Shown in pieces: positions 55,601 to 63,710 of a stretch of 64,000 bases of DNA. The stretch is taken from positions 31,496,001 to 31,560,000 of the forward strand of contig OZ024740.1 in assembly GCA_964016885.1 (NCBI GenBank), written 5' to 3'. Numbering within the stretch: position 1 is the stretch's first letter; each line of letters begins with the position of its first letter. The DNA comes from Eledone cirrhosa (taxonomy: Eukaryota). Position numbers and translations under genes: made by a program. Under the pieces are notes generated by a model, which did no database searches, was not told the origin of the DNA, and saw only the letters and a list, made by a program, of their open reading frames with translations.

Positions 55601-58600
55601 TCTGTTGTAAGCATTTGAACATGATCTTCAACTTGAAGATAATCTCCCACCAGTATTTCAGGCCCTGAAAATGGTTATGGGTACTGGCCTCTTCTACCTA
55701 ACTAAATAGTAAAAAAGAAAATATGTCTTATTGAAATATAATGTTCCTTAAATGGGTTAATGTAAAGAAGATGAGAGACAATAACAGTTAATTATGAAGT
55801 AGATGTTTATAAGTCATTGAATATTTATAAAACAATATACTCTGAGTTCTGTTAAACTAATGAAACCTTATGTAATCATCATCCTCATCATCATCATCAT
55901 CATTTTAATGTCTGCTTTCCCTGCTAGTTTATATAGACCAAGTCAATACTGAAGACAGGCCAGGTATCTCTCGTCTTACTTATGTATAATCTTATGTTCT
56001 ACTGAGTGCATAGGGGAGGTTGTCATATCTTTGACACAAGTGAGGGTTCTCTTAACCCTTTGGCAAGCTTTCTATGGCTCGATGCCCTTCCTATCACCAA
56101 CCAGTTTACAGCGTGTATTGAGTGCATTTATCATGTAAATCACCAATACTAGGGATGCTGTCATGCTTTGACATGACTGAAGGGTCTTTAAAATTGTCAA
56201 AACTATTTACTCTATTGATGTCAATGAAGAATTATTCTCCAAATATTAAGAAGCATCCAAGTATTAAGAAGCATCAAGGTTGAAACCAAAATCTATGAAT
56301 GCTTGAAATTTTTCAGAGATAAAGATAGCAATCATTTTAAAATGATTTTTAATTTAAGCACAAGGGCAGCAATTTGTGGAGAGGAGGAAATCGATTATAT
56401 TGACCCAGTACTTTACTGGTACTTTAGATGAAAGGCAAAGTTAAACTTAGTGAAATTTTAACTCAGAAAATAAAGAACCAGATCAAATATTGCTAAGCAT
56501 TTATCCAATCTACCAGTCCACCACTCTTACTGATATATAATAAAATTCTATTGTTGTCTCTTTTTCAGGAAGCTGAGTGCCTTTTATACCTTGGTGCTGA
56601 TGTCAACTATAAACAGAGTACAGATACTTCCTTACTATATGCTTGTGGAAATGGTGATGAAGATATTGTTCGCTTAATTTTGCAGAAGGTTCAAAAAATA
56701 ATTTTCTTTCTAACTTTAGTTTGATTTTCTGTATATTCTTTTTGACTGTTCCAGCCAACCAGTCAACCAACCAGTCTTTCCATTTGTATAACTCTCCTTC
56801 AATATAATATCTTCTCATTTAATATTGATAGGCCACTGTGATAAAACTCTAAGCTTAGTAGTCTAGCTCTTTATTAATCCAAGTACTGTATTCAGGGCTT
56901 ATAAGAGCCAAGTAAAGGCCTGTGAATATCTGACATCTCTTTGTACAAAAATAATAATAATAATTGTTGCTACTTTTGGCACAAATAAGACTTCTCAGCT
57001 ACATGAATTTTGAGAAGCACCTGAAAGCCATCTTCAAAAGGAGGGCTTGAAAGCTACCATGTTCTGCAGAGTGATGTGTATGCCTAAGAAGCAAGGCAAG
57101 CATTGCTTTCTCTACATTACTAAATTCCTTATCTTAGTACTTGGAATAATACAATAAATTAACAGTGGCATAAACATTTTCAAGCCTGTTAGATTTTGCT
57201 CTTTGAATATGCAATATTCTATTTGATTGCCCTAACACTTTTTTCACAACACACCACCGATCTCATTACATATAAACATTTTATATTCATCATCATCATC
57301 ATCATCATACATCCATTCTTCCAAGCTTGCATGGGTTAGACGGGTTGTCCTGTTGTGGGAAATGCCAGGTCAGGTGACCTCGTCTTGCTCATATGGGAAC
57401 TGATTTTGGTTTGATTTCTACAGCTGGATGCCCTTCCTAACACCAACCTCATTTAGGTGAGTGCTGGGTGCTTTTTTACCATGGCGCCTACACGACCACT
57501 TTACATTGTGGGCTGGGTGCTTTTTTGTTGTGACACCTCTACAACCACTTTGCAGTGGGAGGGGGTGGGGGGCATGTTGTCTATATGGGAAGTCAGGAAA
57601 CTGATCCTCTTAAATATGACAACCTTGGGACCAGGAAAAATGCTGGAAAACAGAAATTGGTCCCTATAGGGAATCCCTATGTAGACGTAGTCTTACCATC
57701 TCATTACACAAATATTTTGATGTTGTATCAAAGCTAAATAATACAGCTAATGATGCTTCCAATCAGGGTTTTTATTGTTTTATGTCTCAAACCCCAAATA
57801 ATTGTTTCTACTTTTGGCACAAGGCCAGCAATTACCCAGTGCATTACTGGTACTTTATTTTATCGACCCCGTAAGGATGAAAGGCAAAGTTAACCTCGGC
57901 GGGATTTGAACTCAGAATGGCAAGGACCGTAACTCTATGCGTCAAAGCATGGCGTCCGACCCTCTACCGATACTGCCAATCCACCTCAAACCCCAAATAA
58001 TGGTATATGATACATATAGACAGATAACATCAAATTCAAAACATGCAAGGCCATGGAAGTTTCTGGAACATGAGGTAATAGATTTAAGATGCCCAGCCTG
58101 CAATTATAATTGCTTAATTCCCTACATATTATAACAACTGTATCCAAAATTTTAACAAAATTTCATCTTGAACTTTTTTCTGTTATAAAATTTAGTTTGT
58201 TTAAACTTTTAGATATATATTGTGTTTTAGTGTTCTTGTGTTTTAAAACATAATTTGAAATTTCTTTTCTATATTTAATCTATTTAAAAATTTGTCAGCC
58301 TGTATCTGATGTTTTAACACCACTTAAGTTAGTCATTAAAAGTAGACATCACACAATTATTGGACTGCTATTGCAGTATATTGGACAAAAAGAGCAAGGC
58401 AAGTAATTTTTAACATTTTACATACATTTTACACACTGCCTGAGTAATTACAGCTTTTGTAATAAATAACACTGAGATAGGTTATTATTAGATCAATATA
58501 CATGAATTGGCTGTTTAAATTTTTCCACTACTGATCATCTTATTTAATTGGGTTTCTACAACAAAATATTGATAATTTTGAAGTATCAGGAGATACTTAT

Positions 58601-60580
58601 GAGGGTTTTGGCTGTTTCAGTACTCCAGCTTCACCACTACCCATGGTAACGCTGTGAGTGTTTTGGGGTGCCTTAAAAGGTTTCGAAGGGCAACGCCAGC
58701 ATTCCTTGCTGTATCGTGTAATTGGGGAATGTGTATATGTTCTTTTAAATAATAATAATAATGAAATTATTGTGTACAGTGCTCAGGTGCACTACAACTC
58801 ATCAAAGGTGCATGTATAGTACATAAAATAATATACAAATGTCAGGGAAGTGAATAGTGTATCAGTCATGATATACATGTGTGCGTGTGTATGGAGGGGG
58901 AATATTAGGTGTAGTGTTGGCGAATCTCAGGAAGCATGGAGGTTTTAAAGGATGCAGTATCCCAACAGCTAATAACTGATGCAGGTAGTTTGTTCCATGC
59001 TTCAGCAACTATGAGCGTGAAAAAAATGTTTCCAAAAATCATGGGAGCTGTGCTGTTTTCTGACTTTGTTGGCATGCCCACGTGTTAGACACATGGAATT
59101 TTATTCTTTCTCATTCATTTTTATTCTTATTGGCCACTTGCTTTGTCTATCAAAACTGATAAATCTTAAATTTAACATGTTAAATTCAATATGTTAGATA
59201 TCAAGTTTTTAAAAATATTTTCATATCTGTTTTAGATGGAATGATATTCTGGAGTGGTCTTGGACTTGGATGTTTCAATTTTGATTGGTTGATTCCAACA
59301 TTTATCGGTTACCATCACACAAAACATCCTTCATCAGGTACAATTCTTTCTTGTGGCAGCTTTAATTCTATCTCTTTTCACTATACAGAAGATCAATGTT
59401 GTATAGATAAAAGAAGAATATAAACCAACTAAACTGACTTAGCAGCAACTTATTTTATTGATAACAAAATGATAAAAAGCAAATACAACATAAATTCAAT
59501 TTATAACACTGATGTACTTAAATTATGAAGTAGGTTAACATTAACAACAGGAGCAGCTTTACCAAGGATTCCTGCACATACTCTCTGGTAAAATACACTT
59601 TATCAAAAATAATCCTAAAACTCTCAGTAAACCAGGTAAATACCCTACATCAGAGTATTTACCAGGTTTAGCTATTTGATTTACTGAAATTTTTATTAAT
59701 ATTTTAGTTAAGGATTAGGGTTAGGGTTGGGGTTAGGGTTAGGGTTACGGTTAGGCTCCTCTTAACCAAATATACACCCCAATCCACTACCCATACCCTA
59801 TCCTCCCACTCCCACTAACACCACCCTCTCTCTGTAAAGTTGGTACCACGACATCCAGTCCAAATGAGATCGAGATCGTGTAGGTGTCACGACAAAAAAA
59901 CACACACGGTCCACGCTGTAATGTAGCCGTGTGGGTAACACGGTAAAGAGTTCCCAGTTCCACACTGTAAATCTGGTTGGTGTTAGGAAGGGCATCAAGC
60001 CGTAGAAAACCTGCCAGATAGTGCTATATGAGCTAGACACGGTCACCCGACCAGCGTTGCCTCAAGTGGGACAACTCCCGTCTAACCGATGCTAGCGTGG
60101 AAGATAGACATTAAACGATGATGATGATGATGATATATTGCTGTGGGGAAAAAACCCTGAATACCCCCGCATAACTAAAAGTGGACTAGGTGAAAAGTGT
60201 ATAAATAAGAACTGAAGTGAACTGTCAGGGAAACTGTGTGTGTGGAGTCTCATTGTAGTCTCTTGTTGGTAGTTCAGAATTACGGATCGTTGAGTACCTT
60301 GGGTGTTATTCTTGTTTAGTACAGATATACAAAACAGGTGTGTCACACCATTATAACTATATATACATATATATAACAAAGAGGGTGTGGTAAGATACCA
60401 GGTGGACCATAACGCACAAGTGTACTCAATATTTAGGGTAGTAGAGTGGGTAATAGGAAAAGAGTCAGGAATCTGACGCCTGAGCTCCGGTCATATCAAC
60501 AGCTAGATCCGAACCAGGTTCGGATCTAGCTGTTGAAATGGCCGGAGCTCAGGCGTCGTCGGGGTCCTGATTCTTTTCCT

Positions 60581-60611
<31 letters not shown>

Positions 60612-61912
60612 GATGAGATTCTACAGGACTAGAACTGTTTCATTCTTTAGAAATCATCAGATTCCTGATGATTTCTAAAGAATGAAACAGTTCTAGTCCT
60701 GTTGAATCTCATCTATATTAAAACTTTTATACTCTGCTATGTATTGAGTACCTTACTTACTGTGGTTACCTCCAATTCAACCCGGAATAACGTATATATA
60801 TATATATATAATAAAAGCAGGCAAAAGCTATATTTGGTATATGACATGAGAGAAGGAACAAATGCATCTTGTTCCTTCTAATATAATGTTTGAATATTTC
60901 ACAGTGTGTTTGTAAATGTAGAGAGAAAAAGAGAAAGAGAGAGCGTGTGTATGTGTTTATCTGTAAGAGTGAAAGAGAAGAAGAGAGAGTGTGAAACAGA
61001 GGCAGATGATGTCATTAGTGCACCTATCTACTGAGAGAGAGATTGCTGATTTTTTAACATCTTTACAACTCGACTTTGTTACCCCATTGATACCAGCTCA
61101 GATGGTGTGGGGAAATGTTCACTTGTGTGTGGGAGTCCATGTGTAGGCTATCTTCTGGTCCCAGCAGACAGAATGGGGGAAAATGTTGGCCAGAAGATGG
61201 CGAGTGGGAGACATTGGAATAGTAATTCCAGCTCATGGGGCTCACTACTGTGGGTAGCCAACTCCACCCTGATAGCAGTAAGTAGAAAGATGGTCCAGGG
61301 ACCAAAAGTCTCCACTGTTACAGGTTCGACCACAAACCTGTCAGGGAATGACTGATACTTTGACAGCTTGCTTAATGAGCAGTGAAGCATGGGTTAGCAA
61401 ACCAAATGTGCCAGATTGCCAGTAGAGAAGGTATCATTTGACTAACCCTTTTATACAAGAGCAAAAGGCAAGAATTTGGGGTGCAAACCTGTGACCTATG
61501 AAAAAAACAGAGAGTACTATGGCCAGAGCTGGATTAACCAAAATAAACACATGCTTAGGGTATCAAGGAAATAGAAGACACCATTTTATTAAAATTAAAT
61601 GTATTTGTCATTTCCCAAATATTTTTGCAGACTTTATATATGGAAGGCACCATAATCTTTTAAGTGTTTAGGTTCTTAAAAGGCCTTGATCTTGACCTGA
61701 ATATGTCAGTGTCACTAATTCATTACAGATTCAAAGAAACTTCCTTAACTAGTACTGATAAAAATTTTACATTTCAGGTAGAGGTAATGACCTTGCCAGA
61801 AAGATCCAAACCATTAAAACATTAGAGAAAAGGCCAGCATATAACACATATAGCCCCTATAACAGATATTTCTCTCAAGATTCTGAAAGTAGCAGTTCTG
61901 CATCCACCTCAG
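6541..61912 (+). CDS. LRRK2: Partial multi-exon LRRK2-like gene (armadillo-repeat and ankyrin-repeat regions); start and 3' part not in the identified exons
   Basis: 15 exons found by hand with AG acceptors and GT (one GC) donors and matching phases. Peptides such as YPIHILCLGTLL..VYVSACDAI, LQILEIIQNY..VVGSSCRAL, EQFESACRCL..KSVMFMNACAEKRYM-EAECLLYLGADVN and IFWSGLGLGCFNFDWLIPTF resemble, in the same order, human LRRK2 segments recalled as FPAHREVMLSML, LNVLELMQKH..VAESGCKML, QQFLNLCCKCF..KNVMLERACDQNNSIMVECLLLLGADAN and ICLGGFCIGKVEPSWLGPLF. No database search run. Confidence 0.82.
6925..7138 (-). mobile_element. tRNA-derived SINE (Nin/Deu-domain-like), older copy
   Basis: shares ctggtactt..tttatc..aaggatgaaaggcaaagt..ggatttgaact with other copies. 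Confidence 0.65.
7405..7705 (-). mobile_element. tRNA-derived SINE of a second family (related copies 13480-13727, 18425-18560)
   Basis: shared ctcatttctaca..gagtaaact..gcaa..tgaaa..tgtcttgctcaag..caacacatcacc..ccaggaat.gaact..ctaaccactaagcca. Confidence 0.6.
9245..9364 (+). CDS. LRRK2: LRRK2-like exon, phase 1->1: IVYCFLAESSFIDKDLLKIMIDYSGSISITIEGLKLLKTA
   Basis: ttttatattgcag acceptor, cag|gtaaaa donor, 120 bp open. Confidence 0.78.
9656..9870 (-). mobile_element. piggyBac-like MITE
   Basis: TIR ctttagcattt...aaatgctaaaggg followed by TTAA; inverted relative of 18602-18819. Confidence 0.65.
10141..10329 (-). mobile_element. Young tRNA-derived SINE (Nin/Deu-domain-like) with 19-bp TSD
   Basis: tcttacataaaattataat on both sides (10122-10140, 10330-10348); near-identical to 57803-57984 and 62348-62541. 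Confidence 0.85.
10660..13103 (-). mobile_element. 5'-truncated RTE-clade LINE: APE endonuclease C-terminus, reverse transcriptase with PHD-like Cys/His finger, 3' UTR and (GAT)n tail
   Basis: frame open from 13103 (SQIDFIL..SQHSLVV) to the stop at 10977; RT motifs NYRGIKL, QFGF.PGRGT, FIDLEKTFD, GV..GSVLSP, YADD, YLG; CSVC..CPKC..H..C..CSSC; (tca)n at 10660-10690. Confidence 0.93.
14303..14391 (+). CDS. LRRK2: LRRK2-like exon, phase 1->0: ASFHCITQTEKWIVPIYNLLLKNMMSTKVQ
   Basis: poly-T tract + gttag acceptor, cag|gtgaga donor. Confidence 0.78.
14500..14925 (-). mobile_element. Two tandem SINE copies (Nin/Deu-domain-like)
   Basis: two repeats of ttttggcacagggccagcaatt...aaggatgaa.ggcaaagtt...gatttgaactcag. 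Confidence 0.75.
15604..15790 (-). mobile_element. SINE copy (Nin/Deu-domain-like)
   Basis: same family consensus as 10141-10329. Confidence 0.75.
16217..16302 (+). CDS. LRRK2: LRRK2-like exon, phase 0->2: IVGFETVIEILKNYPEFINFIGEDSSNN
   Basis: ttttgtcacag acceptor, gtaagt donor. Confidence 0.78.
17760..17990 (-). mobile_element. CRE-like non-LTR retrotransposon 3' fragment (restriction-like endonuclease end)
   Basis: FAVVPLAVESSG...EPRELEWLLQRVSLAVLQGNA resembles the CRE-clade C-terminus (P.A.E..G...QRLS.A.QRGNA); related copy at 61150-61390. Confidence 0.65.
18602..18819 (+). mobile_element. piggyBac-like MITE with TTAA target duplication
   Basis: TTAA|CCCTTTAGCATT ... AATGCTAAAGGG|TTAA. 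Confidence 0.8.
19312..19418 (+). CDS. LRRK2: LRRK2-like exon, phase 2->1: QYPIHILCLGTLLQQNDDSNVYVSACDAIYWLAAGN
   Basis: cttcacag acceptor, gtaaga donor, ARM-like peptide. Confidence 0.8.
19610..19800 (-). mobile_element. RTE LINE 3' fragment
   Basis: RGRVRKTWVEAVKLDLRMLN and (cat)n tail. Confidence 0.6.
20317..20446 (+). CDS. LRRK2: LRRK2-like exon, phase 1->2: HRISELFMLKNTYLQILEIIQNYQTNAVVVGSSCRALRALCLF
   Basis: poly-T + actag acceptor, cag|gtatgt donor; lies within ORF 20283..20516. Confidence 0.82.
22181..22317 (+). CDS. LRRK2: LRRK2-like exon, phase 2->1: SSHKERFEITNHRYIKEIFENMFTSFIDNPAILMEAMCVLANLLEC
   Basis: tctatttcag acceptor, gtaggt donor. Confidence 0.8.
22360..22930 (+). mobile_element. 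R4/NeSL-like non-LTR fragment interrupted by a small Tc1/mariner-type MITE (22448-22529)
   Basis: MHGY..AIQEQEITT..RCGLC..EDVTYIISSC..YLPMRHDVV (CCHC remnant + RHD motif of RLE elements); MITE TIR tacaaggtgtccc...gggacaccctgta. Confidence 0.65.
22990..23517 (-). mobile_element. Degraded HERO/NeSL-like non-LTR RT fragment
   Basis: WCLVTFKLKRSRSICPRKGKV...EEPVESVGRWYEDSLKD resembles HERO-clade RT C-terminus as recalled. Confidence 0.55.
23868..23996 (+). CDS. LRRK2: LRRK2-like exon, phase 1->1: NSEVLSTIIHDSFYNIISALKQFSDYVLVQESALEVLTVASQC
   Basis: long pyrimidine tract + cag, gtaagc donor; ARM-like VQESALEVL. Confidence 0.82.
24250..25200 (-). mobile_element. Degraded mariner transposase
   Basis: FLNTVIIGDEMWVYGYDRETKAQQSQW and PYSLNMVPSDFWLFPKIK (GDETW / YSPDLAPSD motifs). 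Confidence 0.85.
25513..25593 (+). CDS. LRRK2: LRRK2-like exon, phase 1->1: ACVRSHLQEEKIVELFVDIMSKFAENL
   Basis: ttttctttag acceptor, gtaagt donor. Confidence 0.8.
25683..25750. repeat. (CAC)n trinucleotide microsatellite
   Basis: direct reading. Confidence 0.9.
26071..26200 (+). mobile_element. SINE copy with internal deletion (Nin/Deu-domain-like)
   Basis: gttaactttgcctttcatcc..gggtcgataaaataaagtaccag..aaaagtagaaacaattatt. Confidence 0.7.
27107..49117 (+). repeat. ~22-kb tandem array, 48-bp unit (~458 copies), derived from an RTE 3' UTR
   Basis: unit cacactgtaaagtggttgtgtaggtgtcatgac[a/t]aaaagcacccag[ca/tc]; copy number is span/48. Confidence 0.98.
49118..49270 (+). mobile_element. RTE 3' tail directly continuing the array
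   Basis: ggcattaggaagggcatccagccatagaaa...ctaacccatgcta..aaaatggacgttaaatgatggtgatgatg, same as tails at 1493-1645 and 51667-51815. Confidence 0.88.
49393..49606 (+). mobile_element. piggyBac-like MITE abutting the assembly gap
   Basis: TTAA|CCCTTTAGCATT...AATGCTAAAGGG|TT then Ns; same family as 18602-18819. Confidence 0.78.
49607..49806. other. Assembly gap (200 N)
   Basis: run of n. Confidence 1.
50782..51815 (+). mobile_element. 5'-truncated RTE LINE (ORF C-terminus, 3' UTR with ~3 diverged 48-bp units, (GAT)n tail)
   Basis: FRYLGD..RVRTGWKKFREL..LHGSETW..RRLRWYG..GRPRKTW; tail gatgatgatgat. Confidence 0.92.
52655..52775 (+). CDS. LRRK2: LRRK2-like exon, phase 0->1: CCILILLHQNLEVYPDKHIFINQKCQTPVFSNALYSAPNS
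   Basis: ctttttttag acceptor, cag|gtaata donor; phase joins next exon but not the previous identified exon. Confidence 0.7.
53283..53380 (+). CDS. LRRK2: LRRK2-like exon, phase 1->0: EQFESACRCLKGLCSGINKSVMFMNACAEKRYM
   Basis: gttttcag acceptor, atg|gtaagt donor. Confidence 0.82.
53524..53874 (+). mobile_element. CR1-like LINE 3' end with (ATT)n tail
   Basis: TCGHAYKVRK..RKQFFTLRVAEAWNKLPASVV..FK. Confidence 0.8.
53960..54200 (+). mobile_element. CR1/Jockey-like LINE 3' fragment
   Basis: SIFPHTSHLWNSLPASCF..YNLQKFK. Confidence 0.55.
54424..54602 (-). mobile_element. SINE copy (Nin/Deu-domain-like)
   Basis: family consensus. Confidence 0.75.
56569..56688 (+). CDS. LRRK2: LRRK2-like ankyrin exon, phase 0->0: EAECLLYLGADVNYKQSTDTSLLYACGNGDEDIVRLILQK
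   Basis: tttttcag acceptor, aag|gttcaa donor; ankyrin consensus GADVN...TSLLYAC.NG..IVRLIL. Confidence 0.85.
57288..57587 (-). mobile_element. RTE 3' UTR/tail fragment with two 48-bp-type units
   Basis: (cat)n tail, gctggatgcccttcctaacaccaacc, two gctgggtgcttttt...accacttt units at 57463-57560. Confidence 0.85.
57803..57984 (-). mobile_element. Young SINE (Nin/Deu-domain-like) with 17-bp TSD
   Basis: ctcaaaccccaaataat at 57786-57802 and 57985-58001; B-box-like gagttcaaatccc on the minus strand. Confidence 0.88.
58299..58398 (+). CDS. LRRK2: LRRK2-like exon, phase 0->1 with GC donor: PVSDVLTPLKLVIKSRHHTIIGLLLQYIGQKEQ
   Basis: tttgtcag acceptor; aag|gcaagt donor needed to keep frame with the next exon. 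Confidence 0.72.
58748..59098 (-). mobile_element. CR1-like 3' end, inverted close relative of 53524-53874
   Basis: reverse complement matches over ~350 bp with the same 5' endpoint. Confidence 0.85.
59236..59337 (+). CDS. LRRK2: LRRK2-like exon, phase 1->1: DGMIFWSGLGLGCFNFDWLIPTFIGYHHTKHPSS
   Basis: gttttag acceptor, cag|gtacaa donor. Confidence 0.78.
59715..59755 (+). repeat. Degenerate interstitial (TTAGGG)n
   Basis: ttaggg ttaggg ttgggg ttaggg ttaggg ttacgg ttagg. Confidence 0.8.
59757..60133 (+). mobile_element. RTE 3' UTR/tail fragment
   Basis: similar to 51460-51815, ends (gat)n. Confidence 0.85.
60453..60718. repeat. Two adjacent long inverted repeats (hairpins)
   Basis: 60453-60582 centred on 60516; arms 60607-60660 / 60665-60718 with a 4-nt loop. 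Confidence 0.9.
61150..61390 (-). mobile_element. CRE-like non-LTR 3' fragment
   Basis: KYQSFPDRFVVEPVTVETFGPW...EPHELELLFQCL. Confidence 0.55.
61778..61912 (+). CDS. LRRK2: LRRK2-like exon, phase 1->1: GRGNDLARKIQTIKTLEKRPAYNTYSPYNRYFSQDSESSSSASTS
   Basis: atttcag acceptor, cag|gtaagt donor; Ser-rich linker expected after the ankyrin region. Confidence 0.75.
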
Positions 61913-62347
61913 GTAAGTAATCTGGAAAACTATTGTTTTTATCTATGTAAAATAAATTATTGAATCATTTATACTGCTTTCTCATTAAAAAAAATGTAAT
62001 TGGTATGAATTTGGTGGCTTTATCAAAAAATTCTGTATGAGTGTGTGTGTGTATATATATATCTCCTTATAATATATAACCAGCAATTTCTCTGTCTGTC
62101 TGTCCGACAGTGGAAACACGTGCGCGCGTGGTTGCTATCTCTCTCTCTCTCTCCAGCTATCCCTTTCTTTTAGTCTGTCTGTTTCTCTCACTCTCACTCT
62201 TTCTCTTTGTAACACACTAACATTCCTCCCCTCTATCGCTGTGACGAATGGGGAGATGGAGGAGGAGGAGGAGGAGAGAGTCACTTTGTCACTTCACCTC
62301 TGCCTTTCTTTCTCTCCCCTCTCACTCCCTCATTACGTACAGACATT

Positions 62348-62541
62348 AGGGCGGTGGATTGGCAGAATCTGTAGAGAGTCGGACACCATGCTTCATAGCA
62401 TGGAGTTACGTCCCTTTACGGTCTGAGTTCAAATACCGCCGAGGTTAACTTTGCCTTTCATCCTCACGGGGTCGATAAAATAAAGTACCAGTAATGTACT
62501 GGGTAATTGCTGGCCTTGTGCCAAAAGTAGAAACAATTATT
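62348..62541 (+). mobile_element. Full-length young SINE (Nin/Deu-domain-like)
   Basis: ggcggtggattggcagaat (A-box-like) ... gagttcaaatacc (B-box-like) ... gcctttcatcctcacggggtcgataaaataaagtaccag. Confidence 0.85.
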
Positions 62542-62659
62542 AGAAACATTGCTTCATTTTTACATATCTAAGCATTAGTAAAATAACTAATAATTTCAAA
62601 AGTAATTTTTCAATTCCAATTGTTATGAACAGCAAAACATTAATAATAATTTTGTTCTA

Positions 62660-62914
62660 AGAAATATATATACATTTCTGTGTGTGTAATATATATATAT
62701 ATACACACACAGAAATATATATACATTTCTGTGTGTGTAATATATATATATACACACAGAAATATATATACATTTCTGTGTGTGTAATATATATATATAT
62801 ACACACACAGAAATATATATATATATACACACAGAAATATATATACATTTCTGTGTGTGTAATATATATATATATATATACACACACAGAAATATATATA
62901 CATTTCTGTGTGTG

Positions 62915-62953
<39 letters not shown>

Positions 62954-62962
62954 GAAATATAT
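62660..62962. repeat. Self-complementary ~50-bp minisatellite
   Basis: repeats of cacacacagaaat(at)n-acatttctgtgtgtgtaa(ta)n. Confidence 0.9.
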
Positions 62963-63212
62963 GGGCATTTCTCTGTTTGTCTGTCTGTCCTTCCCTAAAA
63001 CTCAAATGTAGGTGCTACAGAAATATTACCTTCCCCTTCCTTTCTCCACTTTGGTACTACCAAGAGAAACACTGTCGCTATAGAAACATTACCTTCCCCT
63101 CTCCACTGACTTTGGTCACTGAGGCCGAGGGAATCGCTGGTTGCTATAGAGACACCTTGCACAAGCCAGAAGTAACCAGTTCGAGGCGGTTCTGACTTGA
63201 CACCATGCCAAG

Positions 63213-63710
63213 TCTACTTATAATATATAATGGGCATTTCTCTGTTTGTTTGTCTGTCTGTCCGTCTGTAAAAAATGCCAAGGAAACAAATAGACGCGGT
63301 TTCAAATCTTTATGCTTTTCAAATTCATTACATTAATCTTTATTTATACGTTTCGCTTTACGAGTGTTTCGACTTATGAGTGTTTCGGCTTATCATTATA
63401 TATAAACGTTTCTATTTCCATCGTTTTATCGTAAACGTTTATATATTTCCATCGTTATATCATAACGTTTATGTATCATAACGTTTATATTTCCGTCACT
63501 AATCTCTTTTTCTCCTTTTTCGTTTTAACATATATTTATTTCAAAGATTTCACCGTACAGATAACATATATATTTATACATGCATAAAAGACACACCGAG
63601 AGACGGTGAACATGTGGTGCCGAAAACATTTCTCATCCAAATCTCAACAATATCAGTATATACACTAGATTTGCTAGCAGAAAACCGCCCACCGGGTGGT
63701 TTTCTGCTAG
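63213..63710 (+). mobile_element. Non-autonomous Helitron-like element, followed head-to-tail by another from 63711
   Basis: 5' TCTAC..ATATA then (gtct)n-like run; 3' hairpin gcagaaaaccgccc-acc-gggtggttttctgc ending CTAG; next TCTACTATATA starts at 63711. Confidence 0.65.

Noticed and set aside
62348-62450. tRNA gene
   Set aside because: A/B-box-like motifs belong to a multi-copy SINE head; no cloverleaf evident.
62623-63195. Tyr/Ile/Cys-rich ORFs
   Set aside because: Translations of TA/CA repeats.
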